This document shows, piece after piece, positions 8,269-17,300 of a stretch of 64,000 nt of DNA (positions are counted from its first letter, which is position 1; each line of letters starts with the position of its first letter). This stretch comes from a virus. The stretch lies in IMG/VR virus record IMGVR_UViG_3300020462_000003, positions 10,267 through 74,266 of that record, one strand, 5' to 3'. Both the position numbers and the translations under genes were made by a program. The notes under the pieces are model-generated. The model saw only the letters and a program-made list of their open reading frames with translations. It did no database searches and was not told the DNA's origin.

Positions 8269-10410
8269 ATGCTTCCCGTCAATCAGATGCCGTACCACCC
8301 CACGGCAGAACAACTCGTGCAGATCCTTTGCAACCGTACCCAGAACACGGAGCCGTTATTCTTCCGCGTCCTGGTCGGTTACTACTTCGCCGTAGTGGCC
8401 TCGCAGATGCGCTGCATCATCGGCACACCTGACCGTGGGGATATTCCAGTCAACGTCTATGCGTTGAACCTGTCCCCTTCCGGCACCGGCAAGGGCCACT
8501 CCACCAGCATCATCGAGGACGAGGTGATACATCAGTTCCGCGACCGCTTCCTGGAAGAGACCTTTCCCCTGCTGGCTGATCGTAACCTGCCGGTACTGGC
8601 TAACAAGCGTGCCGTGCGCAAGAACAGCGATCCGGATGAGGAGCTGATCCGTGTGCAGAAGGAATTCGAGCAGCTGGGTTCCCTGCTGTTCAGCTTCGAC
8701 TCTGGTACCAGCCCTGCAGTCAAGCAAATGCGCCACAAGCTGCTGATGGCGGATGCCGGTGCAGTGAACCTGGAGATCGACGAGATCGGTTTGAACCTGG
8801 TGGGCAACACCGAGGTGCTGACTGTGTTCCTTGAGCTATACGACAAGGGCAAGGTCAAGACCAAGCTGGTCAAGTCGACTTCCGACAACTCACGCTTCGA
8901 GGAGATCAAGGGCACCACGCCGACCAACATGATGCTCTTCGGTACACCGTCCAAGCTGTTCGACGGTGCGGCCACTGAGCAGGCTCTGTACTCGATGCTG
9001 GATACCGGCTACGCACGTCGCTGCCTGTTTGGCTATCTCAAAGGTGCCAGCAAGAATCTGGATCTGACTCCGGAGGAGGTCTACGACCTGCAAACCAGCC
9101 AGCAGACCAACCAGTTCCTCGAAGAGCTGGCCGATAAGCTGGAACGCCTGGCCGATATCATCAACGCCAACAAGCGTCTGGTGATGAGCCGGGACACCAG
9201 CCTGGAGCTGATCCAGTACAAGCTGCTGTGTGAGAAGCAGGCCGACGCCATGCCTGAGCACGACGAGATCCGCAAGGCCGAGCTGTCACACCGTTACTTC
9301 AAGGCGCTCAAGCTGGCTGGTGCTTATGCCTTTGTGGACGACTCACCTGAGCTGACCCTGAGCCATCTGCACAACGCTATCCGACTGGTGGAGGACAGTG
9401 GCTTTGCCTTTGGGCAGATGCTCTCGCGTGATCGTCCATACGTGAAGCTAGCCAAGTACCTGGCTTCCATCGGCAAGGAAGTGACTCAGGCTGATCTGGT
9501 TGAAGACCTGCCCTACTACAAGGGGTCTGCTAGCCAGAAGCAGGAGATGCTGACGCTCGCCACGGCCTACGGCTACAAGAACAACATCATCATCAAGAAG
9601 GCGTTCAACGACGGCATCGAGTTCCTGCGTGGCGAAAGCCTCAAGGAAACCGACCTGGACAAGATGGTGGTGAGCTATTCCAGCGATATGACCACCGGCT
9701 ACAACAACGAGACGGCACCGTTCGACAAGCTGCACCTGCTGACTCAGGCCCCAGGCATGCACTGGATCAACCATCACCTCAAGGGTGGTTACCGCAACGA
9801 GGACAACGCTGAACCCGGCTTCAACCTGCTGGTTATCGACGTGGACGGCACCTGCAACCTGAACACAGCCAAGCTGCTGCTCAAGGATTACAAGGCGCTG
9901 TACTACACCACCAAGAGCCACACCGACCAGAACCACCGGTATCGCATCATCCTGCCGACCAACTTCGAGTTGAAGATGGATGCCAAGGACTACAAGGAGT
10001 TCTACAACAACGTCCTGCAGTGGCTGCCATTCGATGCTGATCCCTCTGCTGCCCATCGGTGCAAGAAGTGGCTGACCAAACCCGGTCACTACGAATACAC
10101 CGAAGGCGATGTGTTCGATGTTCTGCCCTTCATTCCGAAGACCAGCAAGAACGAAGAGCGCAAGCAACGATTCGACTCGCAACAGTCGCTAGACAACTTG
10201 GAACGCTGGGTCATCAACAATACCGGCGATGGTAACCGCAACAACATGTTGCTGCGTTACGCCATGATTCTCATGGACGCCAACTTCGACTTCGACGGTA
10301 TCCGCTCTCGCGTGGTGTCGTTGAATGACAAGTTGCCAGACAAGTTGGACGAAGTGGAGATCATGAGTTCCATCATGGTCACGGTCGGCAAAGCACTCTC
10401 CAAGCGGTGA
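8269..10410 (+). CDS. DNA primase/replication protein (N4 gp43-like)
   Basis: Walker A SPSGTGKG; IDVD; YTTKSH...HRYRII; C-terminal GNRNNMLLRYA (PriCT-like). Confidence 0.85.
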   Translation: MLPVNQMPYHPTAEQLVQILCNRTQNTEPLFFRVLVGYYFAVVASQMRCIIGTPDRGDIPVNVYALNLSPSGTGKGHSTSIIEDEVIHQFRDRFLEETFPLLADRNLPVLANKRAVRKNSDPDEELIRVQKEFEQLGSLLFSFDSGTSPAVKQMRHKLLMADAGAVNLEIDEIGLNLVGNTEVLTVFLELYDKGKVKTKLVKSTSDNSRFEEIKGTTPTNMMLFGTPSKLFDGAATEQALYSMLDTGYARRCLFGYLKGASKNLDLTPEEVYDLQTSQQTNQFLEELADKLERLADIINANKRLVMSRDTSLELIQYKLLCEKQADAMPEHDEIRKAELSHRYFKALKLAGAYAFVDDSPELTLSHLHNAIRLVEDSGFAFGQMLSRDRPYVKLAKYLASIGKEVTQADLVEDLPYYKGSASQKQEMLTLATAYGYKNNIIIKKAFNDGIEFLRGESLKETDLDKMVVSYSSDMTTGYNNETAPFDKLHLLTQAPGMHWINHHLKGGYRNEDNAEPGFNLLVIDVDGTCNLNTAKLLLKDYKALYYTTKSHTDQNHRYRIILPTNFELKMDAKDYKEFYNNVLQWLPFDADPSAAHRCKKWLTKPGHYEYTEGDVFDVLPFIPKTSKNEERKQRFDSQQSLDNLERWVINNTGDGNRNNMLLRYAMILMDANFDFDGIRSRVVSLNDKLPDKLDEVEIMSSIMVTVGKALSKR

Positions 10411-10523
10411 GTGTGTCCACCTACCCCAAGTTCTCTTGGGGTTCCTTTTCTTATTCAGAAGCCCGGCTAAGTCATGACGACTACATGGACTCACTCGGCT
10501 TCTGTTTATCGGAGATAGCAAAC

Positions 10524-11015
10524 ATGGGTTGCGATATTCATTGGCACTCGGAAACCAAGAAAGATGGCGTCTGGGTGTGTGACCAAGCTGCAAGTTTCAA
10601 GATCAATCCACCTGAGTACGACGGTCAAGGGGAATATCCTGAAATGGATAAATTGCCGGGCCGTACTCGTGACTACTGGTTCTTCGGCCTGCTGAACAAC
10701 GGTGTCCGCACCAACTGGCCGTGGTCGTTCCCGTACACCTGTGACATTCCGTACGACACGTCCAGTGAAGTGAGGGCCATCGTTCAACACTGGGACGAGG
10801 ACGGCCACTCCCAAGGAGTCCGCACCCAGGCCGAACTGATCGCCAAGCTCGAAGAACTGAATCTCGCCCGTGCCCAGCTGCTGATCGCCCCCAGCGAAGA
10901 TGCCTCGATCCACAACGTCGACCACCTGATCGCGCGACTGGAAGAAACCCTGGCCACCCTCGGTGCCACGGACACTCCGGACGATCGCCGCATCGTGTTC
11001 TGGTTCGGCAACTGA
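10524..11015 (+). CDS. conserved phage hypothetical protein
   Basis: MGCDIH...RDYWFFG...GHS...RIVFWF pattern; SD ggaga before ATG 10524 (in-frame GTG at 10407 less likely). Confidence 0.65.
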   Translation: MGCDIHWHSETKKDGVWVCDQAASFKINPPEYDGQGEYPEMDKLPGRTRDYWFFGLLNNGVRTNWPWSFPYTCDIPYDTSSEVRAIVQHWDEDGHSQGVRTQAELIAKLEELNLARAQLLIAPSEDASIHNVDHLIARLEETLATLGATDTPDDRRIVFWFGN

Positions 11016-11065
11016 CCTTCAGGTGCCCTCCGGGCACTTGGCGAATTCCCACCAAGGAGTCTGAA

Positions 11066-11791
11066 ATGACCCAAGTAAACGACCACCTGATCCTGTTGTG
11101 TGGCAAATCGGCGACCGGCAAATCCGCTTCGCTGATGGGCCTGCGAGATCCGGAAGGCGTGATGTACCTGAACTGTGAAGCCGGCAAGAAACTACCGTTC
11201 CGCGCCAAGTTCCGTCAGTACACCATCACCGATCCGCATCAGATCTTCGAAGCCTTCCAAGTGGCCGAGAACGATCCGACCAACCACACCATCGTGGTGG
11301 ACTCGCTGACCTATCTGCTGGATATGTACGAGTCGCTGTTCGTGCTGAACTCAGCCAACTCCATGAAGGCCTGGGGCGACTTTGCCCAGTACTTCAAGCA
11401 GCTCATGCAACAGCATGTAGCCAAGTCCACCAAAAACGTGATCTTCATTGCTCACACCCGCGACACTGTGAACGAATCAGAGATGATTCTGGAAACATGT
11501 GTGCCGGTGAAGGGTGCATTGAAGAACAACGGTATCGAAAGCTACTTCACAGTAGTAATCGCATCGAAGAAAGTTCCACTCAAGAACTTGAAGGACTATT
11601 CTTCGCCGCTGTTGAACATCACTCCGGAAGAAGAGGCACTTGGTTTCAAGTACGTCTTCCAGTGCAAGCTGACCAAAGACACTGTAGGCGAACGCCTGCG
11701 TGGTCCACTTGGTTTGTTCGACACGTCCGAGACGTTCACCGACAACAACCTGCAGGGGATCATCGATCGCCTGCGCAGTTACTACGACTGA
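11066..11791 (+). CDS. AAA/Sak4-like ATPase (N4 gp44-like)
   Basis: GKSATGKS Walker A; IVVDSLT Walker B; IFIAH. Confidence 0.85.
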   Translation: MTQVNDHLILLCGKSATGKSASLMGLRDPEGVMYLNCEAGKKLPFRAKFRQYTITDPHQIFEAFQVAENDPTNHTIVVDSLTYLLDMYESLFVLNSANSMKAWGDFAQYFKQLMQQHVAKSTKNVIFIAHTRDTVNESEMILETCVPVKGALKNNGIESYFTVVIASKKVPLKNLKDYSSPLLNITPEEEALGFKYVFQCKLTKDTVGERLRGPLGLFDTSETFTDNNLQGIIDRLRSYYD

Positions 11792-11853
11792 TTCAACTCT
11801 CCCCAGGCGAATGATCGCCAAGCTCCCACTTAATTCAACAAAGGGTAATTACT

Positions 11854-12600
11854 ATGTCTCTTCTCGCTGCTCTGACTACTACTGATGAAATCGCCACTGC
11901 CAAAGACTCCGTTGGCGGTTCCCGTGTCCGCGACTCTGGCCTGTATCCACTGAAAGTGGCTCTGGCCTATGTCACCAAATCCAGTGGTGGTGCCATGGCA
12001 CTGAATGTCACCTTCAAGGATGACGACGGTGAAGTGCGCCAGCAGTTCTGGATGACTTCCGGCACTGCCAAAGGCGGTCACAACTACTACATCGACAAGC
12101 AGAACCAGAAGCAATACCTGCCTGGTTTCATCCATGCCAATGCCCTGACCCTGCTGACCCTCGGCAAGGAGATCGGCTCGCTGGATACCGAGAAGAAGGT
12201 GATCAACCTGTACTCGGCTGAATCCAAGGCTGAAGTACCAACTCAGGTCGACATGCTGATGGACCTGGTGGGTCAGGAAGTCCTGGTTGGCCTGATCAAG
12301 CAGACCGTCGACAAGAACGTCAAGGATGCTGCAGGCAACTACATTCCGTCCGGTGAAACCCGTGAGGAGAACGAGGTCGACAAGATCTTCCGCCTCAAGG
12401 ACAAGATGACCGAAGCGGAAATCCGTGCGCAGGCTGAACAAGCCAACTTCTTCGCCGTCTGGGAGCAGAAGTGGGCTGGCAAGGTCAAGGACAAGACCAC
12501 CAAGGGTGCCAACACCGGTACTGCTGGTGCTCCACGTCCAGCAGCTGCAGCCGGTGGCAACAGCCGTCCGACCACCAGCCTGTTCGGCGCTCAGGCGTAA
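11854..12600 (+). CDS. ssb: single-stranded DNA-binding protein / late transcription activator (N4 gp45-like)
   Basis: Synteny after gp44; DSVGG, QYLPGF, NEVDKIF motifs; Ala/Pro-rich tail ending SLFG. Confidence 0.8.
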   Translation: MSLLAALTTTDEIATAKDSVGGSRVRDSGLYPLKVALAYVTKSSGGAMALNVTFKDDDGEVRQQFWMTSGTAKGGHNYYIDKQNQKQYLPGFIHANALTLLTLGKEIGSLDTEKKVINLYSAESKAEVPTQVDMLMDLVGQEVLVGLIKQTVDKNVKDAAGNYIPSGETREENEVDKIFRLKDKMTEAEIRAQAEQANFFAVWEQKWAGKVKDKTTKGANTGTAGAPRPAAAAGGNSRPTTSLFGAQA

Positions 12601-12621
12601 CACCCTCCCCGCAACACCCAC

Positions 12622-12646
12622 AAGGGCCGGGCAACTGGCCCTTTTT
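12622..12646 (+). terminator. intrinsic terminator
   Basis: agggccgg gcaa ctggccct followed by tttt. Confidence 0.8.
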
Positions 12647-12668
12647 CATTTCTGCTCACGAGGTGTAC

Positions 12669-12944
12669 ATGAGCGAAACCATCGAGATCAAAACAGCTGA
12701 CCAGTTCGCTACCCTGATCAGTCACTGGCATGCCAACCGCATGGCTCAACTGGGCCAGATGCAACAGGTGCCGGATGAGGTAGAGATCTGTCAGCCAGGC
12801 GAGAACGGCGAAGACGTGCCTATGACTGCCGAACAGCGTGAAGGCTTCAAGGCTGGACTGATCGTGGCCAAGGCCCTGTTCGCTGAGCTGCCCTTCATGG
12901 GCATTTCGGATGAAGAGGAAGCCCCGCTGAGCGCAGCTGGATGA
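12669..12944 (+). CDS. hypothetical protein
   Basis: SD gaggt; MSETIEIK...; ATGA overlap with the next gene. Confidence 0.7.
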   Translation: MSETIEIKTADQFATLISHWHANRMAQLGQMQQVPDEVEICQPGENGEDVPMTAEQREGFKAGLIVAKALFAELPFMGISDEEEAPLSAAG

Positions 12945-13516
12945 GTCTGCTCCAGGTTGTAGGTATGGACCCTTCGTTACGCAACTGGGGCATCGCCAAA
13001 GGCACGTTGACTGTGGGGCTGCATTCCAGCCTCACGATCAGCCACCTGGACGTGATCCAGCCGGTACTTTCCACCGGCAAGCAGGTACGCCAGAACAGCC
13101 TGGATCTGGAGTCTGCCCGTCAGCTCGCAGCACAGGCTCTGGCTGCCGCTCAGGGCGCTCACGCGATCTTCGTCGAGGTGCCGGTCGGTAGCCAGTCCGC
13201 ACGCGCAATGGCCTCTTACGGCATCTGCGTGGGCGTGCTGGGTGCCCTTCGAGCCAGTGGGATTCCCTTCTTCGAGGTCACCCCGAACGAAGTGAAGATG
13301 ATCTCCGTGGGCAAGAAGACGGCCACCAAGAGCGAGATGATCCAGTGGGCGTATGCCCGTCACCCCGAGGCCAAATGGCCCACCTACAAGCAGCACGGAC
13401 AGGACGTGATCAGCGAAGCCAAAGCTGAGCACATGGCCGATGCCGTGGCTGCCATTCACGCTGGCCTGGCCAGCAACCCATTTCAACAAACGCTGCCGTT
13501 CCTACGTGCGGCATGA
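12941..13516 (+). CDS. RuvC-like Holliday junction resolvase
   Basis: VVGMDPSLRNWG, FVEVP, EHMADAVA RNase H-fold acidic motifs. Confidence 0.85.
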   Translation: MSLLQVVGMDPSLRNWGIAKGTLTVGLHSSLTISHLDVIQPVLSTGKQVRQNSLDLESARQLAAQALAAAQGAHAIFVEVPVGSQSARAMASYGICVGVLGALRASGIPFFEVTPNEVKMISVGKKTATKSEMIQWAYARHPEAKWPTYKQHGQDVISEAKAEHMADAVAAIHAGLASNPFQQTLPFLRAA

Positions 13517-13527
13517 GAGGACTCAAC

Positions 13528-13896
13528 ATGCTGATCAAACTGAAACAATCCGAGATCGAAGAAGCCCTACGCGACTTCATCGTCAAGCAAGGCTTCAACC
13601 TCGATCGCAAGACCGTGGACATTTCCTTCACTGCCGGTCGTGGTGATAGCGGCATGACTGCTGACCTGGACATTCATGACGCTGCTGCCGTGAGCGGTGG
13701 TGTATCGGGTGGTGCCCCGTGCAGCCCGGTCTACGAAACCCCGGCTGACACCAGTCCGGTCAACGAGATCGTCGAGCAATCGACTGCTCAGCTGCGTGTG
13801 GTGGACGCCTCGCCAGCTCCGGAAGACGTGCTGCCTGATCCTCAGGAAGAAGAAGAGCCGGTGGTCAGCACCAAGCAAAGCCTGTTCGGCGGCTGA
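13528..13896 (+). CDS. conserved N4-like hypothetical protein
   Basis: LKQSEIEEAL...FTAGRG N-terminus; acidic tail ending SLFGG. Confidence 0.65.
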   Translation: MLIKLKQSEIEEALRDFIVKQGFNLDRKTVDISFTAGRGDSGMTADLDIHDAAAVSGGVSGGAPCSPVYETPADTSPVNEIVEQSTAQLRVVDASPAPEDVLPDPQEEEEPVVSTKQSLFGG

Positions 13897-13898
13897 CC

Positions 13899-14099
13899 AT
13901 GAATGCCCTCAAGGGGATGATCTTCGTGCCACTCGCAATCGTCTTCATGGGGGCGTGTTATGTGAGTAGCATGATCATTGGTTGGCTCTTTGCCATCCTG
14001 ACCACAGTGGGGATCGTCATAGTAATCGTTGCAGTTATCCTGCATGGTCTCTATACGTACATCACCCAATCAGGTAAAAAGCCTCCTCGAAAGCAGTGA
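13899..14099 (+). CDS. small membrane protein
   Basis: Two hydrophobic stretches and a basic tail. Confidence 0.65.
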   Translation: MNALKGMIFVPLAIVFMGACYVSSMIIGWLFAILTTVGIVIVIVAVILHGLYTYITQSGKKPPRKQ

Positions 14100-14108
14100 T
14101 GCTTTCAA

Positions 14109-14173
14109 AGAGTGGTGGGGCGTTCGACGCAAGTCGTCACACCTGACAGCCGGGAATAGACCGGCACCCTTCT
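14109..14173 (+). ncRNA. C4-antisense-like small structured RNA (candidate)
   Basis: cgac-GCAA-gtcg hairpin, ctgaca linker, gccgg-gaataga-ccggc hairpin, imperfect closing stem. Confidence 0.45.
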
Positions 14174-14178
14174 CTATC

Positions 14179-14323
14179 GGGGAGTGTTCTGTCCTGCAGT
14201 TGCCACAGCAGGTCGAGGATGAAACCTACGAACCAAGCAGCCCCTGGCGGTGAGCTTTTGCAGCGTTGGAAGAATGAACGGTGGGCTGTTGAAGAGACCA
14301 CACCTCCGGACAGAACATTCCCC
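14179..14323 (+). ncRNA. unknown ~145-nt structured RNA (candidate)
   Basis: 16-bp closing stem ggggagtgttctgtcc/ggacagaacattcccc with one G-U pair; several internal hairpins. Confidence 0.5.
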
Positions 14324-14333
14324 CATACAGAAT

Positions 14334-14357
14334 AAAGCCCTCCGAAGAGGGCTTTTT
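14334..14357. terminator. bidirectional terminator between convergent middle and late units
   Basis: aaagccctc cgaa gagggcttttt. Confidence 0.85.
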
Positions 14358-14359
14358 CA

Positions 14360-17300
14360 TCACTTGATCAGTGAGCTGATCGCCTGGATAGGCAGGGTTT
14401 CATCCCACGCATCCAGCATCTTGAAGGCCCCTATATCCAGTGGGTTGCCAAACTGGTTGACTGCAGCCGAGTCAATCAGTGTCTGAGCACCGTCCAGGTA
14501 GCCATCAAAGGCCAGCAACATCAGTGCCCGAGCAGGGTTCTCTTTCATGAGATCCATGATCACATGCTGGATACGCAGGTAGTACTTGGTGAAGTACACC
14601 AGACCCATCCTGTTCGCATAGTCGAGCAGTTGGTGTGACGGCTTGTCGTAGTTCACGAATGCACGCGACACCTTCAACACTGCATCTTCGTGGCTCAGTG
14701 GATTCTTCTTCCGTGAAATCAGCTGCTGGTACAGGGTGTACCTCGCCACGAAGTCCGACACCTGAGTGCCCTGGCTCAATACGCGGTACAACGCTGTGTC
14801 ATGCGTAACAAAGGCCACCTTCGCAACAGACTTGAGCGCATCCGGCACACGGTCGGCGTGTTGTTCCAAGCTCTTCACCCAACGTGACTTGTACGAGTAG
14901 TCAGAATCGGCAGTGTCCACGTCCTCAACAATGCTCGACAGCAGTCCTGCTTCGATCAGGGAACGTACCGGGCTTTTAGCCAGTGTGTTCTCCAGTCGAA
15001 GAATCTTCTGCTGCATCTCGCGCACATCCCCTACGACAGCACCCGAAGCCAGTTGCGCCTGCAAGGCTGACAGTTCGCTCTCGTCCTTCCGATAGTCCAA
15101 TACCCCCTGCAATGCCACCCAACTGTTCTTGGCAATGTCCACAACAGGCACGCCACTGAGCCACAACTGCGTGTAGTTACTGACCACGTTCCATAGCAGC
15201 GTCATGCCCGTCTTGACCACCAGAATGTCCTTGACCACCCGGATGACCTCCATCCAGCGATCTTCCCCCCGGCGAATCATCAGTGCTGCACGCTTGGCAC
15301 GATCTTCCAGATCCACACCGGTATGCCCTTCACGCTTGAGCTGCCAGCGAACCATCAGGTCCGTCATCTTGAAGAACATGTCTTCAGAGAAGTTACGCTG
15401 AGCCTCGTCCAGCTCCATGATCTTCGACAGACTGTAGGCCGAGTAACCAAACGTCTGGTCGTAAATGTCGTTACGGACCATCAGGTTGTCCGACCCCCAA
15501 ACATCTCTGAGTGCTTGCTTGGAAGCAGGGGGCAATATCCGCCAGGTTTCACGGATCGATGCGTCCTTACTGTCAGGGCCAAAAGTGATATACGCATCCG
15601 GGTTTTTTGTGTACTCCTGATCGTACTGATCCTTCAAGGCTTCAAAGGCTTTGCGGTTCTGCTGAGTCACATTGCTCTTGTCGAAGATGTTCGACTCCAA
15701 CGCACCTAACAGCAGATCAAAGCTGTTGTTGCGCTCCAGCAGTTGATCCTTCATCTGCTCGCTCATCAGGTAGCGATACCCTGCAGCCTCACCCACGGCA
15801 TTGATCACCGGAGCCATGTAGACCTTGCTGTCCTTGCGTGGATCATAATTCGGGTCGATGGGCTGAGCCTGTACAGCACGGGTGATTGCCCGATTGATTC
15901 GCGCCGCATGCTTGTCAACGTACCCGTTACGCGAATACAAAGGCGCATGCACTTCCGTGCCTTTGTGGTGCTGACCGGTATAGGTCACCACACCCGTCTG
16001 GCGATTAGGCAGTCCTCGATCAGTGAGGCGCAGCAGCACCAGATCCTTGAGTACAACGTCGGTATCGTCCTGTTCCAACGGACCTACCACCTCATACCCC
16101 TGAGCCACCATACGCGCTACTTCAGAAGCCGGAGCGGTGATAATCTCGGTGTGTGGGTTGTACACCTCCGGCAAATACCCTTTCATCATCAGCAACTCAC
16201 TGTCTTTGAACAGCTTCTCTGCCGATTCCTTTTGCATGTGACGGTGCAGTTTGAGAATGACCTCGATACCGTTGCCCTTGTCATCCCGTTCAAGCTCTTT
16301 ACGCATCACCTGGGCGGCCTGCATACGTTGGTTGGCATCGGTGTATTCAAGCGCGTAGAGCGAAACCAGTGGATCGAGCACCTTGGCAATCTCACGGCCT
16401 TCTTCCAGGGAGACCTTGGTGCTGTCCGGCGTATTCAGCCGCAAGGCGATACCCAACGCATTCTGCTGAGTGTTGTAGCCCTTGACCTTTACCGCCATCC
16501 GGTAGGCCAGTTGCTTGACGCCCTGGATATATGCGTCCTTGAACGGGCCACTGAGTTGAGCTTCGTACTGAGCTATAGCCTTGTCACGCGCTGCCTTGTC
16601 AGTCATCAGATCCAGCAGACCGGCACTGTCAAAGGGACCTAGCAGCGATTGCATGTCGGTACGCAAAGCCACCTTGGTGACGGCATCCTTCATTCTCTGA
16701 GTGAGGTATTCACCGTTCTCGGCAAAGCTGTCCAGACTCATTTTGGCGAAGTCGGTCTTGATCTTCATCCGCACCGTTTCCAGGAACTTGGTGCTGAGCA
16801 GTAACAGATCCGCCACCTTGTTGCCTTCACGCATCTCGTTGATCACACCGGCCATAAGACCCAGCTTGCCCTGGTACAGACGATCCCGCAGCACTTTGCC
16901 TGCATCTACCAGCTGCCCTACCTGATCATCGACCGAGGCGGCAGCTATGCTGCTGGCAGCACGCACAAAAGCATTCTTGTGCTGATCCAGCATAGGCGAC
17001 TCCAGTACCCTGAGTACCTGTTGCTTGGCCTTGGTACTCACACCGTCCAGGGCGTCTTCCAGTTGCTCACGGGCCGCACCCACAGGACCTGTACGACGGT
17101 TCTGTTTGCGGTACTCCAGGTCCACCAAACGTCGAGCCAGGACACTCAACTTCTCATCGGCCTGTTGACCGCTGTAGACCTTGAACAGGCGATGCTGCAG
17201 TGCATCCAGCAGTTGTTCCCACAGCCACTGGATGCGTTCCCCCAGCTTCATCTGCGACACCTTGCGTGTGTCTTTATCGGTCTCAAAACTCATCTGGTCA

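Noticed and set aside
14029-14486. ORFs 14029-14253 and 14250-14486
   Set aside because: Non-ATG starts without SD, overlapping real genes and a terminator; the region is better explained as structured RNA.
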